From Asterionella formosa (lineage: Eukaryota), in the NCBI GenBank assembly GCA_002256025.1, contig NKIB01000273.1, positions 1-34,005 on the forward strand: 34,005 nucleotides of DNA, in the 5' to 3' direction. Below, piece by piece: positions 10,104 through 22,810 of the stretch (position 1 is the first letter of the stretch; the number at the start of each line of letters is the position of its first letter). The notes beneath the pieces are model-generated. The model was not told the origin of the DNA and ran no database searches. It saw only the letters and a list, made by a program, of their open reading frames with translations. A program made the position numbers and the translations under genes.

Positions 10104-11185
10104 ACTACTGTGAAAAAATATGGTTTGACAGCACTGTTGAAATTGCCTGTCAGTGACAATGAAAGAGGGAAAGGTTTTTGGGAGCTGATGTGAAGATTCA
10201 TTCATCCAATGCATATATATCACTATGGTTGTACAGCACATTTGAACTTGGATGCTGACAACAAGGTAGTGATTGACATTGCTTGTGGAATAGTCACAAC
10301 TATTTTTTAATTCATATTTAAACTTGGCAAGAAGTTCCCATTCCTTTTGTTGGGAATATCATTTACTACAGTCATGCTCCTGCAACTTTTAGTCCTTCAA
10401 ACGTTGTAGGCAATTTAAAATAATTATAAAATGAAGATTCATTTAGCTTTTGTTTCCTGAGCTAAATTAATATTTTCAAATGGATGCCAATCAAATGATG
10501 CAAAATGGCTGAGGGGTTGATCACTTTTGTTTCAAAATTTTCGACGTCTTCACCTTAGCAAATCCTTCTCTTGGCAGCTTTCTAATATTTTGATTGTGAG
10601 CGATGACCATTCCAAACCAGCTGTACTACAGGTGTACAAACATACTACTGTAAGTCAACCAAATGTCAGGAGCTGTGATGCACATCCAGTGCTCATTTTC
10701 TTGTCTTGTGCTCGCGAATTCGTGTTGATCAGGTCATAATGATCTCATTGCTGGCCTAACATTTCATCGTGGTTCCTCAAATTCATTTCTTTCTTTTGCC
10801 TTGTTGCACTAACACACTCTACTAGTGTATGAAGGCTTCCAATTCCAAATAAACACAATACATCAGCCGCCAATAATTACTTATATAAACAACCATGTAT
10901 ACAAAAAGACTGTCTAGTATGCCCTGCAAATACATATATGGCGGAAATAGAGGGCGGAATATATCTAAATTTATTTATTTATTTGCTATACCAATCCCCA
11001 CTACCAAAACAAACCAGAAACATCGGATGCTATACAATCATGTCAATATGAAAAATATTTGACCAATGCTTATATTTCAAAGACCAATATAATATCACCT
11101 AGCTACATTCACCAATACATACGTCCAGAGTACAGTATTCAACAATCACTACCGGTTTTTTTATGATAAACACTATATTGTTCCT

Positions 11186-11423
11186 AACAACATCAACAAA
11201 TAAAGTAAAAAAAGATCCAAGTTGGACTGAACTTGATCTCAGTTATAATTCAAGTGGTGATGATGGTGCCAAGGCCATTGAAGAGGCTCTCAAGGTCAAA
11301 ACTGTCTTGACTAGTAGATTTGCTTGATCTCTGGAATAATTTAATAGGTTTAAATGGCGCCAATGCATTGCGGAGGCCCTTGAGGTCAATACCGTCTTGA
11401 CCACACTCAATCTAATTTATAAC
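11186..11423 (+). pseudogene. Duplicate of the frameshifted LRR cassette
   Basis: Same sequence as 4208-4445 at +6978. Confidence 0.85.
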
Positions 11424-13668
11424 TCTTAATAATTCAAGTAGCTTTTATAGCTCATTTAAAGTAACTCTAAATTGCATTTGTGCCCTGAAGGCCACTGGTG
11501 AGAATTATGACAATCTTAAACGCCCGTGGTCTCCTGCCATCAGGCTATTCCCACCAAGGGGCCAGTCGGACTTGAGTTACACCCAGTATCCTCTAATATT
11601 GTCTGATATTGTTGCCAATAGAGACATGTGATATCAACTGTCGCTACCCACATTCGTTTCTGGCATACAGTATGTCTGCGTAAGCAGCGTACCCGGAGTG
11701 AGAGAACCAACAGAGAAGCAAGTACCACAAGGAATGGAACAATCTTGGTTGTGACGGGGATACCGATCGCAGATTTTTCAATCAGGAAAAACGTGTTTCT
11801 ATGGCGTATTTCATGTCTGTTCAAGAGACAATGGAAGAGTAAGGAAAAACTCTTACTGGTTAGATACTTTGATCATGATGACAAAGGCGAGGAGAAGATA
11901 CTAGATGACAGTGTCTATGTGGTCCTAGATTCTGGCTTGTTTAACAAAACATCATTTGAAACTTCAAGGAAATTTCGGAATCATATGCGATGATTTTTAT
12001 GGAAAACTCACTTTCCTTGAGATTTTAGACTACATCAGAAAGACAACAATATGCCACCAAATGCACCCATGCACTACATCCAGACTGGCAACCATGTCCT
12101 GTTTCAATATTTCCAACTCCTTACTAGATAAATGGGACAAATCACTTTTCTCCTCGACCTGTTCTCTCTGAGGAAGTTGATGGGATTAGGCTGTCCTATA
12201 TATTGCCTCTGATGTTGCCAAGAAAGAGATTTCTTAAAACAATGGGATAGTACAATGTTATTAAGCAAAGTTTCAATTGTTATTTCGAGCCCCCTGCTAT
12301 TCAAGGCTCATTTAATGCTACTATTTCTTGAATGAAATGAAGACAAGCTACTTCCTGATTAGTGATGTTGCGGCTCTAATTCTGCAGCATACAAACGTTC
12401 TCGCCAATAGCCAGTCAATGAGAATGGAAGACCCATGATTAAGGTCATGAGCAACAAACTGCGCCGCCATCTGGTCCATCTTCACTTTGATCCACATTTC
12501 ATCTTGAAGAATAGATTCGACATACAGATCGATGTTCGCAATGGGCGAATTATGATCAAAAGGTATTATTTTCTTGATTTCGGTTGGAATTGGAATCGGG
12601 TATGGCCTTCAATGCATCGTTCTCCAATTCTGTTGTATAAATTGACCAAAGCTTTTGATTTCGAGTAACAAACAAACAATCAAACTTCGCCAGCATAATT
12701 CCCAATCAATATCGACACCCTATCATTCGTTATAAGACTGAGATCATCGTCGTCCCCGCAAGAAGGTAGCTTGTAAGGGATTCAACGAAGAAAGCACATG
12801 GCTTGTAAGAAATTCGATTACTGATACTATGCAAATGGAGAGATAATGACGAATTGGATCAAAGCATGTACCGGTAGAGCATTCAAATCGGAATGGAAAC
12901 AAGGAACGCACTGTTGTTGCACAGAATTCATTCTGATAGAATCGTCGGGTACAAGGTTTACATACACGTAAGGTGATCTGTGTAAAGTCATAACCTTCGC
13001 TAAAACAATATTTGATCAAAGAGCAACAGCTATTGGTAAATCAAACAAACAACGTTTCAATATATCAAAACATTTGATTACTAGCAGATTAGTTTTGATA
13101 ACTAATATATATGACCACACCGACACGGTCATTGATATATCAAAATTATCATCAACATAACACAACATTTGATCAATATATCAACAATTTTGGCTAACCG
13201 ATTAAATTTGGTAACTAATATTTACGAGTTCTTATATACGCATAACCTAACATGTGTATGCTACTAACCTAACGTACAAATTTGATTGATCATACAGACA
13301 CGGCCGTTGACATATCAAAACTATCATCAACATATCAAAATATTTGAATAATCAATCAGTTTTTTAACTTATGCTGAGTAAAACGTTAGATCTAATTGAA
13401 AATCTATTCACAGACGAAAGAGAATTTGCAAGGCTATTACATGATCCCACTTATTCCCAACACCATATTCGTTGTTTTTGGGAAAGTAATAGTCAATTCA
13501 TTGAATCAAATTCGAATTTCATTTTTTTTATTCCGGCTAGCAGCACAAGTAAGAAACCTGTCGGGCTGATCGGTATCAACAGTCCTGTCATTTTTATATT
13601 CTGAGAGATGCATGAAAGGCTGGGGAAGTTGAATTTGCCCTCTATCTTAATTTCATTGACTTGTATTG

Positions 13669-14226
13669 AGAGTAATATGTTTGAGGGAAGCCATCACAAT
13701 CCTTTTTTCTTGGTTTAGAAATAGCCTGTAAATGCATCTGCTGCTCGATTTTTTCAAGGAATCCATTCATCACTGTTTGTTTCTCCTTGTTTGTTGAAAG
13801 AAACTTTATTGATAATGCTGTGCAGGAGTTCACCGCATCAAGGAATGATTTAGTGATGGCATAAACAGATGGTTAAGAAACTCAATAGACATGACTAATT
13901 TCTATGAGGTTTCCGCCTGCAAGCCAGCAAAGTCTGATGGCAAGGATCAACTCAGGATACATATGCTGATTTGAGCTGTATAAGCCGGAACTTGCATTTG
14001 ATTCAACAACATTAAGTGTGATGGAAGGTCGAAGGAGTTCCAGTAGTTGATTGAAAGCTTCAAAAGACATGCGATATTCATGAAGAAGCTTTGTGACATG
14101 ACCATTCCAGTAAATTTGTTGATGCTCCCATTTGGGAATTCGCACTGGCTTCGAGTTTTGTTCATAGGACTCCAAAAATGATAATGCAACTGCTGCAATT
14201 AACAAAAAGCTCTGTTGTTCCCCCAC
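13669..14226 (-). mobile_element. Duplicate of the truncated Harbinger-like transposase
   Basis: Same sequence as 6691-7248 at +6978. Confidence 0.75.
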
Positions 14227-15933
14227 TTCAATATCAAGATTGCCAACAACATCTCAACTGTAAGGTTCTTCCGGTCGATTTGTCATTGTTGTTACAGTAA
14301 TGATAATTTTCAGAAAAGTTGAATAATTGAAGCGCACATTGCAAATATTTTTGCCAAGTCTGATGCACATGTTTGCAGAGACATGAAGAAAACGGCTAAC
14401 AACTGTTTTGCCATTACAGAGATATATTTGTGAAATGTATCTCTGTAAAGATTCATTTTTTTCTGAAGATACAACAAAATTAATTTGTATCTCTGTTAAG
14501 ATTGGTCCTCAGGGATGTATGTATTATTTACCTATCGTGCTATGTATAAATACATACCGGTAAGCAATTTAACAGATAGTGGTGGACTTTCTTGCCTACA
14601 TCATATGGTACCTGGCACCGTCATATGTTGCCATGTGCTCACAACCATGTTTCAGTTAGTGGTTTGGTTTGGAGGTAGACTAGGGGTGGTGATCTATAGT
14701 ATGAGGGTTTACCATATTTTTGACGATTATGATTGTATTACCAGATTACCAGTATACCCGGTACCAGGTGTGCTACTACCGTACGCATCTGGCATGGAAA
14801 TCCACCATGTCCTACTATCCACACTGTAAATCTAGTGAAGCTCACATTGAATTAGCTTCTAGTACTGCTGCATTGAATGATATATTATTATATACGTTAA
14901 TATATACTATTTATAATATTATCATGGAAGATTGTATACTATAAGAAGCTATTAATGTCGTCTGACCTTATAGGGCATTCTCGCGGTCAGGTCATAAATC
15001 TTTATTGGGATACTAGGAGATATAAACCGACCCATTGAATGAAAAAGAAAAAATATATAACCTGGTAACTTTACCCCAATAACGTCAATAACCCATAAGC
15101 AAGTACCCAATAACGTCAATATTTCCTTGAGAATCAAAATTTTGACATTATTGGCCAAGTAGACATTTTCTATCCCGGGTTTACCAAAAGAAATGCCTAC
15201 TTTTAAGTGAATTCATATGAATTTTACATGATTGGGGATGAATTATGACTAAACCTTTTTGGAATCCCAATATGGTCATTTTTGACATTGGTTTTATTTA
15301 CTCCAAAACGGTCAAGCGTACCCAAATAAGGTAAATATTGGTCCCCTTTGTAGTCGGCGGGGTACCAGCAACTTATGTACAATACAGATTGAGCATACCA
15401 TTGCCATTGGAGTCTTGGCCATCATTATTGGAGGTGTTGTTGTGGCTTCTCAAATAAACTTAAAATGGTGGACAGCAAGGCACTTTGTTGTTGGATCAAA
15501 GCTCACTTGAGGAACAAGTTGTTGTCCCAGAAAAGTTCGATGTTCCATACCATAAGATGCTACTGCTAGTTTGGACTTCGACAATTGGAGATGAAAGGAT
15601 GACATGATGGGTGATCATACTGCTACTGCTACTGCTACTGCTACCACTAATAGTGATGATTTTGGTTTTGATGATGAATGATATGCATCGTTTAAAATCA
15701 AATATGAAATCATTACTGTGACAAATGTTATTGCCAAATGAATGAAATGCAAATGCAAAGGCCATATTTCTTGCAAAGACAAACCATGGATGATTTTGCA
15801 TAGAAGCATCCTTGCAAATATTCCAAGAAACATTGTGACTATTCCACCAGCACCTTTGGTAATTGCAACCTTGTTGTCAGTATAACAACCCAAGTTCCTA
15901 AGTGTGATCGACTATTTTCTTGAACACCAGTAT

Positions 15934-18834
15934 TCAAAGAATGATTTTTGTAGTGATACCTCCTGCTGCAGTAATTGCTGCCCTGAAGTAGTCATTCACA
16001 GCCAAGGTGTTCAGTGCTCCACAACCATATTTTTGCACATAAGAATTGCACAAATGATTCTTCAGAGCAGACAGAATTGTAGTGATACCTCCTGCTGCGA
16101 CAATGGAAACCTTGTCATTGTCATCCACAGCCAAGTTCCAAAGTGCTCCACAACCATAGTGTTGAACATTAGCATTGCAGGGATGCTTTTCCATAGCCAA
16201 CACAATTGCAGTGATACCTCCTGCTGTAGCAATCCTCACCTTATTGTTCTCATTCACAGCCATGTTCCAAAGTGCTACAAAACCATATTATTGAACTTTA
16301 GCATTGGATGAATGATTCTTCATAGCAGACAAAATTGAAGTAATACCTTTTGCTTCAACAATCACCACCTGGTTGTTGTCATTCACAGCCAAATTCCCAA
16401 GTGCTCCACACCCAAAATGTTGAACATTAGCATTGGATGAATACTCCTCCATAGCAGACAGAATTGTTGTGATACCTCCTGCTTTAGCAATTTTAACCTG
16501 GTTGCTCCCATTCACAGCCAAGTTCCAAAGTGCTCCAGAACCATACTGTTGAACATTTGCAATGGATAAATGCATTGTCATGGCAGAAAGAATCGTAGTG
16601 ATACCTCGTACTTCTGTAATTGCCACCTGGTTTTTCTCATTGAAAGCCAAGTTCTGAAGCTTCATCAGACCTTCTTCTTGCATGGTAGCATCGGATAAAT
16701 GATTCTTCATAGCGGACAGAATTGTAGTGATACCTCCATCTTCAACAATCATTTCCTTGTTGTTGACATTATTCACAGGCAATTTCTGAGGTTTCATAAG
16801 ACCTCCTCGCACATTTTTCATAGCTGCCTTCATCATAGACTGACATCTTGAAATGGGATCAGTTGAATTGATAGTGCTTGCTGTTGGAGTTGATGGGAAC
16901 AAAAGAGGCATTGTACTTGTTGTTGTTGAAATTGGCTGAATTGTGATGGATGATGGATTGCGGTTCTTGTTTGCATCAAAAAGAATTTGAATTTCATTTC
17001 TTAAATCATCACCAATTGAATTGACACTGAGATCAAGTGTTGTCAAGACAGTATTGACCTTGAGAGCATCTACCAACAGCTTTGCACCATTAAAACCAAT
17101 CATATTACCACTTAGAACAAGTTTAGTCAACACAGTATTGACCTTGAGAGCCTCTGCAATGGCACTGGCACCAATGTCATCAATTGAATTTCTGCAGAGA
17201 TCCAGTTCTGTCAAATTTGGATCATTTGATTTCAACTGTTGAACATATTTTTCCCATTTTGTTGCAAGATGCACAGTATTTGTTGTTGTTGAGATTGGCT
17301 GAATTTTGATGGCTAATGATTTGTGGCTCTTGTTTGCATCAACAAGTCTTTGAATACCATTTATTAAATTATATCCAATTGAATTACTGTCAAGATTAAG
17401 TGTAGTCACAAGAGTATTGACCTTGAGGGCCTCTGCAATGGCCTTGGCGCCATCATCACCAATTGAATTACCCAATAGATCAAGGCCAATCAATCCAGCA
17501 TTGATCTTGAGGGCCTCTGCAATGGTCTTGGCACCATTATCACCAATTATATTAGTATTGAGAGAAAGTGTAGTCAAGATAGTATTGATCTTGAGGGCCT
17601 CTGCAATGGCTTTGGCGCCCTCATCGCCAATTGAAGTATGTTCAAGATAAAGGTCTTCCACGAAAGTATTGACCTTGAGAGCCTCTGCAATGGCCTTTGC
17701 GCCATCATCACCAAATGTATTAACTCCAAGATAAAGCTTAGACAAGACAGTATTGCCTTTGAGAGCCTCTGCAATGGCCTTGGCGCCATCAACACCAATT
17801 GAATTATCACTGAGATCAAGTGACTTCAAGACAGTGTTTTCCTTGAGGACCCCTGCAATTACCTTGGCACCATCAACACCAATTGAATTCCATCGAAGAT
17901 CCAGTGTTGTCAAGACAGTGTTGTCATTGAGGGCCTTTGCAATGGCCTTGGCACCATCAATATCAATTGAATTCCATCGGAGATAAAGTGTAGTCAAGAC
18001 AGTATTGACCTTGAGGGCCTCTGCAATGGCCTTGGTGCCATCAACACCAATAATATTTTTCGAAAGATCCAGTGTAGTCAAGACAGTATTGACCTTGAGA
18101 GCCTCTGCAATGGCCTTGGCGCCATCAACACGAATTGAATTCCATCGGAGATAAAGTTTAGTCAAGACAGTATTGACCTTGAGGGCCTCTGCAATGGCTT
18201 TGGTGCCTTCAACACCAATAGAATTCTTCGAAAGATCCAGTGTAGTCAATCCAGTATTGATGTTGAGGGTCTCTCCAATGGCCTTGGCGCCATCAACACC
18301 AATAGAATTCTTCCAGAGAATAAGGGTAGTCAAGAAAGTATTGTCTTTTAGGGCCTCTGCAATAGCCTTGGCGCCATTATTACCAATTGGTTTACAGAAA
18401 ATAGAAAGGAAAGTCAAAGTAGGATCATTTTCTTTCAAATGTTTGACATCTTTTTCCAATTTTGGCTGCTCAAATTTAGTTGAAGTGGTTGGAATTTGGT
18501 GTTTCATACGATTTGCTTTGGCAATCGCCACCTTGTTGTTGGCATTATTCACAACCAAGTTCTGAAGTTTCATGAGACCTCCTGCTTGCATAGTAGTATT
18601 TGATGAAGGAATCGTCATAGCAGGCAGAATCATAGTAATATCTTCTGCTTCAGCAGTCGTCACCTGATTCCTAATGAGCTCAACTCGTACGGGATGGTCA
18701 GTCACAATCGGAGCCTTATGCTGAAGGTATGTCGCATCGTTCGTTGATTTGTTAAGTGTAGACAAACTTGGGTTATTTTCTTTCAACCGTTCCAATTCTC
18801 TTCTTTTTTGTCCAAATAGTCGAACCGTTGTCAA
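15934..18834 (-). CDS. RI-type LRR (13 + 3 x 28-aa repeats) - armadillo repeat fusion protein, interrupted by a premature TAA at 16290-16288
   Basis: The 848-aa and 109-aa ORFs are in the same frame (966 codons without the stop). LRR consensus is vNtvLttLxLxxNsIGvdGakaIAeALk, followed by about 6-7 ARM repeats. The start is uncertain: 18834 is TTG and the first in-frame ATG is at 18633. Confidence 0.85.
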
Positions 18835-20947
18835 AGTCAGTTTGAATGTAATTGCAGGTGTTTATGGTGTTGACGAACAGAGAAACTTGTTGACTTTATT
18901 GAGTTGGTTCTTGTCTGAGGGAAAAATCTTGTTTTGTGTTTCAAACGCTTTTCTTTTCTTGAACGCCTGAGAATTGCTGCCAAAATAGTTTCTCTACCAA
19001 ATCTACCTACAAGCAAGCTTCAAATGATCGATCATGATGATGCATGCCGAAAATTTTGTCCATCATAGTGTGTAAGTAAGATTATACGAACGACGATTAG
19101 AACGTGAGTAACAACTACCCTGGTACTCCGCACCGGGTAACAACTTGTACCGTTCGTACCAGCAAGTTACTACGGGTAGGGTCATTTTACCGAAACTGAA
19201 TCGCGGCGCAGGACAGGCGCTTAAAAAGAATCAATAGAGAACATCATGTAGTTTTTGAATCGAGAGTATTACGGGAAGACGTGAATGATTACCGGTATTT
19301 CGTTTTCAATCGGAAACGTTGAAACGGGAGGCTAATGATGGCTGAAAAACGAAAGTGACGATGACTGGGGCAATAGGCGGCAATACATGAGGTGTCCTTT
19401 CGGCAATTGCCTCCCTTTCGTGAGAAGAAGAGGTACCTGCCATGGTGGAAAGGGGGTATGAGATAATTGAAAAGCTCCCATACGGAGCCATTACCAACAT
19501 GGTGAAGGCTCAGAAGGTATACCGGTACTTGCCTTGGCTTACCAAAAAAAAGTCGACTACTGGTTACGAAAGGCAGGTGCTAGTGCTGTCCCCAACATGG
19601 GTATACTATCAGGAGATTCTCAGGCAGATATGCGCTTATTTTACTATTAAAGTAGTAGAACATCTACTTTGACAAGAGAAGAGGATGACAACATGACAGG
19701 AGTAGATGATAATATCAATGCTATTAATAGTATTGAATTACTTTCTACAACTATGACTACTGCTGCAGTTACAGTAGGGTTGTTTTGCATTTAATAATCA
19801 AGAGTAAAAAATTGCGATACGCACACAAAATTGACGCAATATTTGTCCTACATATATATATACCGTAACATCATATACCGTAAACGACGTGTTCTCTCCC
19901 GGAAAACCTTCATGTTCTTGTCAGCCCGTCGACTGTGAAGTACGACGACAGCAATGAAAAAGGGAAAATCATTTTATGAGACTACCGATACTATTTTTAC
20001 AAGTTAAATACCGGTAGTATGATTCCTATATGGAAATTAGTTTTTTTATAGCTATTGTGGACTCTACTACAATGGACTCTGAGTACCGGTATGGTGACTT
20101 GGCGGTGGAAACAACGAAATGACGATGACCATCACATGATGATCCAACTATTCTAAACAGATAAATAATGAATGATAAATCAATTGTTGTTTTGGGCCTG
20201 ATCTCTTGTAGGCAATGGAGCATTGTAGAACGGCGCATATGTACGAATAAAACGGGTTTCAATGCGACCTCGAGGCATCGAGAGATATCGTTCCATGTCG
20301 TCGAGCCCAATTGTGGGTTTCCGATTTTACTGTTTCTGCTATATCTAAACGAATGCGGTATCTACAATGAAAATCGTTTACAATACGCTAGCGACTATTC
20401 GATTCTATGTATTTGATTAGTATGCAATAGCAATTGAGGGAAAGATGTTATGATCGCTGTCGCCAAATTGTCAGCGATCTGTGGTAATTGTTTCTGACAT
20501 GATGTCGATGAGCGATGACTTGTACCGGTACCTATATAGCACTGTTTCAAGGGTCCTCAGTTTCCAGCGGTATATTAATAGACGAAGGCAATATACCGGT
20601 ATGCTGACTTGCAGATGAGTGAAACTTATTGGGATTCATACTTACCGGTACGCTATATGCTCGGAATCTCCAGAAACAAGGTAGCGTACCAGCAATGCAA
20701 ATAACGCGTTTGTGTTGGGATTTTCACCCCCGTTGGCATCGCATTTTAGGGTTACAGAAACCGAATCACTGTTTGGTTTGCGTTTTTGACCACAGTTTTT
20801 AATAGAACCAGCCTTAAGTACCCAACGCTTATTTTAACCCTAGTTTGGAGAAAATATCGCTAGGGTTGTAAAAACGGCATGAAACAGGGAGTTTCCTACT
20901 ATGAATTCCCATGCATCTGATTTACTTTTTATTTAAGCACCAAACAT

Positions 20948-21735
20948 AATGTTTTCAACATGGATCAGACTTTCATTCTTTTCTACCCTGGTAAGGACAA
21001 GGTCCTTGTACCAAAAGGGACAAAACGAGTAGGGTCCTTGGTTCCAGTTGAAAATGACAAAAAGGGAGTCACACTGGCAGTCACAGCTAGTAGTCTTCTT
21101 TCTTTACAACTTCTCCCACCATTCATCATTGATACTGGATCATTTGGAGCAGATCTGATGACCTCTTGGAGCAACTACACAAAGTCAACAGTTATTTTCA
21201 ACAAATCACATTTATGACTCAATATGCGATTATTATATATCTTGAATGGCTATTGAAAATGTTTCAATGTCAAAGGTCTTTGCTTATTGGAGATCAATCC
21301 AAAATTCATTTTGGAACAATTATTACAGATTGTCTAGAGACAAACCACTCATCACCTATACCAGGTAGTAGTAAAGTGTTCCTTTTGTTCATCTAAGAAG
21401 GCTGGACATCAATTCATCAGGTTTGTGATATTGCTTTAAATAAACCTCTCAAGGAGGCTGCAATCAAAAAGCTGTTTTATGATTTCAGGCAGAGAGCCAT
21501 TAGCAAAAAGCCATACTAGCTGATGAAACTGCCAAGGAGCTGCTTGGGTGTGCCCTCACAGTTCCAAGGGAAGATCTGGTACGAATGATTGAGACTGCCT
21601 TTGATGAAATAGACCTAGGGAATATGCCCAGGAGATGGATTGCAGCTGCACTCGCAACATGTCAGCAGGAACCTTAGTCAGCCGAATCGGACAGTTTTAA
21701 AAAATATCTTGCTTCCCTCGATGAGAATGCAATAA
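20948..21735 (+). mobile_element. Decayed pogo/Tigger-like (DDE_1, Tc1-mariner superfamily) transposase catalytic domain
   Basis: Reads VFNMDQT...KKGVTLAVTA...LPPFII / FMTQ...YLEWL...LLIGDQSKIH...FI*EGWTSIHQVCDIALNKPLK, with three Asp motifs, frameshifts and stops. No HTH region was seen upstream. Confidence 0.85.
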
Positions 21736-21975
21736 ATTTGAACGTGCAGGAATCGAGAAGTCAATTGAAATTGACAGGATCACATAGTTATGATGTCATT
21801 GTAAACTCACTAAACATCAGCATCAGACCAGCCATGATGTCGGTCATTCATATTACCATAATATGGAAAGACATTGTAATGGCACCAGTGTGCATAATAT
21901 ATTAAGCTAACTAGCTTGCTTAGTAGTACAATTATTACCATCCTCCACCAGACAACCTTGTTCTATGTTCGGATA

Positions 21976-22610
21976 TAGAATAGAATAAGGTAATATCAAT
22001 ATGTTATTCACGCAACAGATACCATCCTCCAAATGAGGTCAGGTCACTATTCCATTTCACAACAAAACCACACCATTTTGTAATTATGGTTTCCCATTAC
22101 TGATTCCCCTATAAGTCCATCAATATTCAACCGACGCCTCATGTTGAACATCTCAATTCACTGGAAAATACTTTAGAATAAGGAACTATTGATATATCAT
22201 TCATGATCAAGGAACATCCTACAGATGAGGTCAACATATCATTTCATAACCAAACCACACCATTTGGTAGCTAGCAAGCAAGAATGTTGGTTTCCCAACA
22301 CTGATTCCCCTATAACTTCATCAATATTCAATCAATGCATCATGTTGAATGTCTCAATTCACTGGCACATAGTATAGTGTATGGTACTATCAATATATTA
22401 TTCATGCTCTAAGGAACATCCTCCAAATGATGTCACTATATCATTTCCTAACAAAACCACACCATTTGGTAATGATGGTTTCCCAATACTGATTCCACTA
22501 TAACTTCATCTCCCTCTAACTTCATCTATATTCAATCATGGCATCATGTTAAATGTCTCAATTCACTGGCACATAGTATAGAATAAGTTACTATCAATAC
22601 ATTATTCACT
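21976..22610. repeat. Degenerate tandem repeat, about 3.3 x ~195-200 bp
   Basis: Recurring blocks CATCCT (22023, 22215, 22417), AAACCACACCATTT, TGGTTTCCCA..ACTGATTCC and TCTCAATTCACTGG. Confidence 0.9.
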
Positions 22611-22810
22611 ATAATACTTTTGATTTGCAGGCAATGCCATGTGGGCGAGTGTTCCCACTTTTTCATCAGAAAAGTCATGACATCCAATACACAAAAGAAA
22701 TTGAAATCCAAATAATCCTTTCAGTCCTATTTTCTTCCACTCTAGAGAAAGCATGTGGGAGATTCATTGTTTCAAGTAATTTTGGAAGACAAGACATTTT
22801 CAATTTGCTT

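Larger units (their letters stand above)
10105..17081. repeat. Tandem segmental duplication, copy 2
   Basis: Near-identical to 3127-10103. The only differences I noticed are at 16263, 16272, 16277, 16280, 16290, 16297 and 16893. Confidence 0.97.

Noticed and set aside
10098..10193. Chimeric fusion protein across the duplication junction
   Set aside because: The two genes are on opposite strands, and the minus frame has TAG at 10104-10102.
16263..16297. Diversity-generating retroelement template/variable repeat pair
   Set aside because: Differences are not adenine-specific (A, G and C all change), no reverse transcriptase is present, and the homology is part of a 7-kb duplication.
16975..18430. 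Calling the LRR gene NLRC3/NOD-like receptor or RanGAP
   Set aside because: Only the LRR class is shared. No NACHT/NB-ARC domain or RanGAP-specific motif is visible.
19442..19672. 76-aa ORF possibly frameshifted by the TACCGGTA at 19520
   Set aside because: No recognisable homology in either frame, so it cannot be tested without a search.
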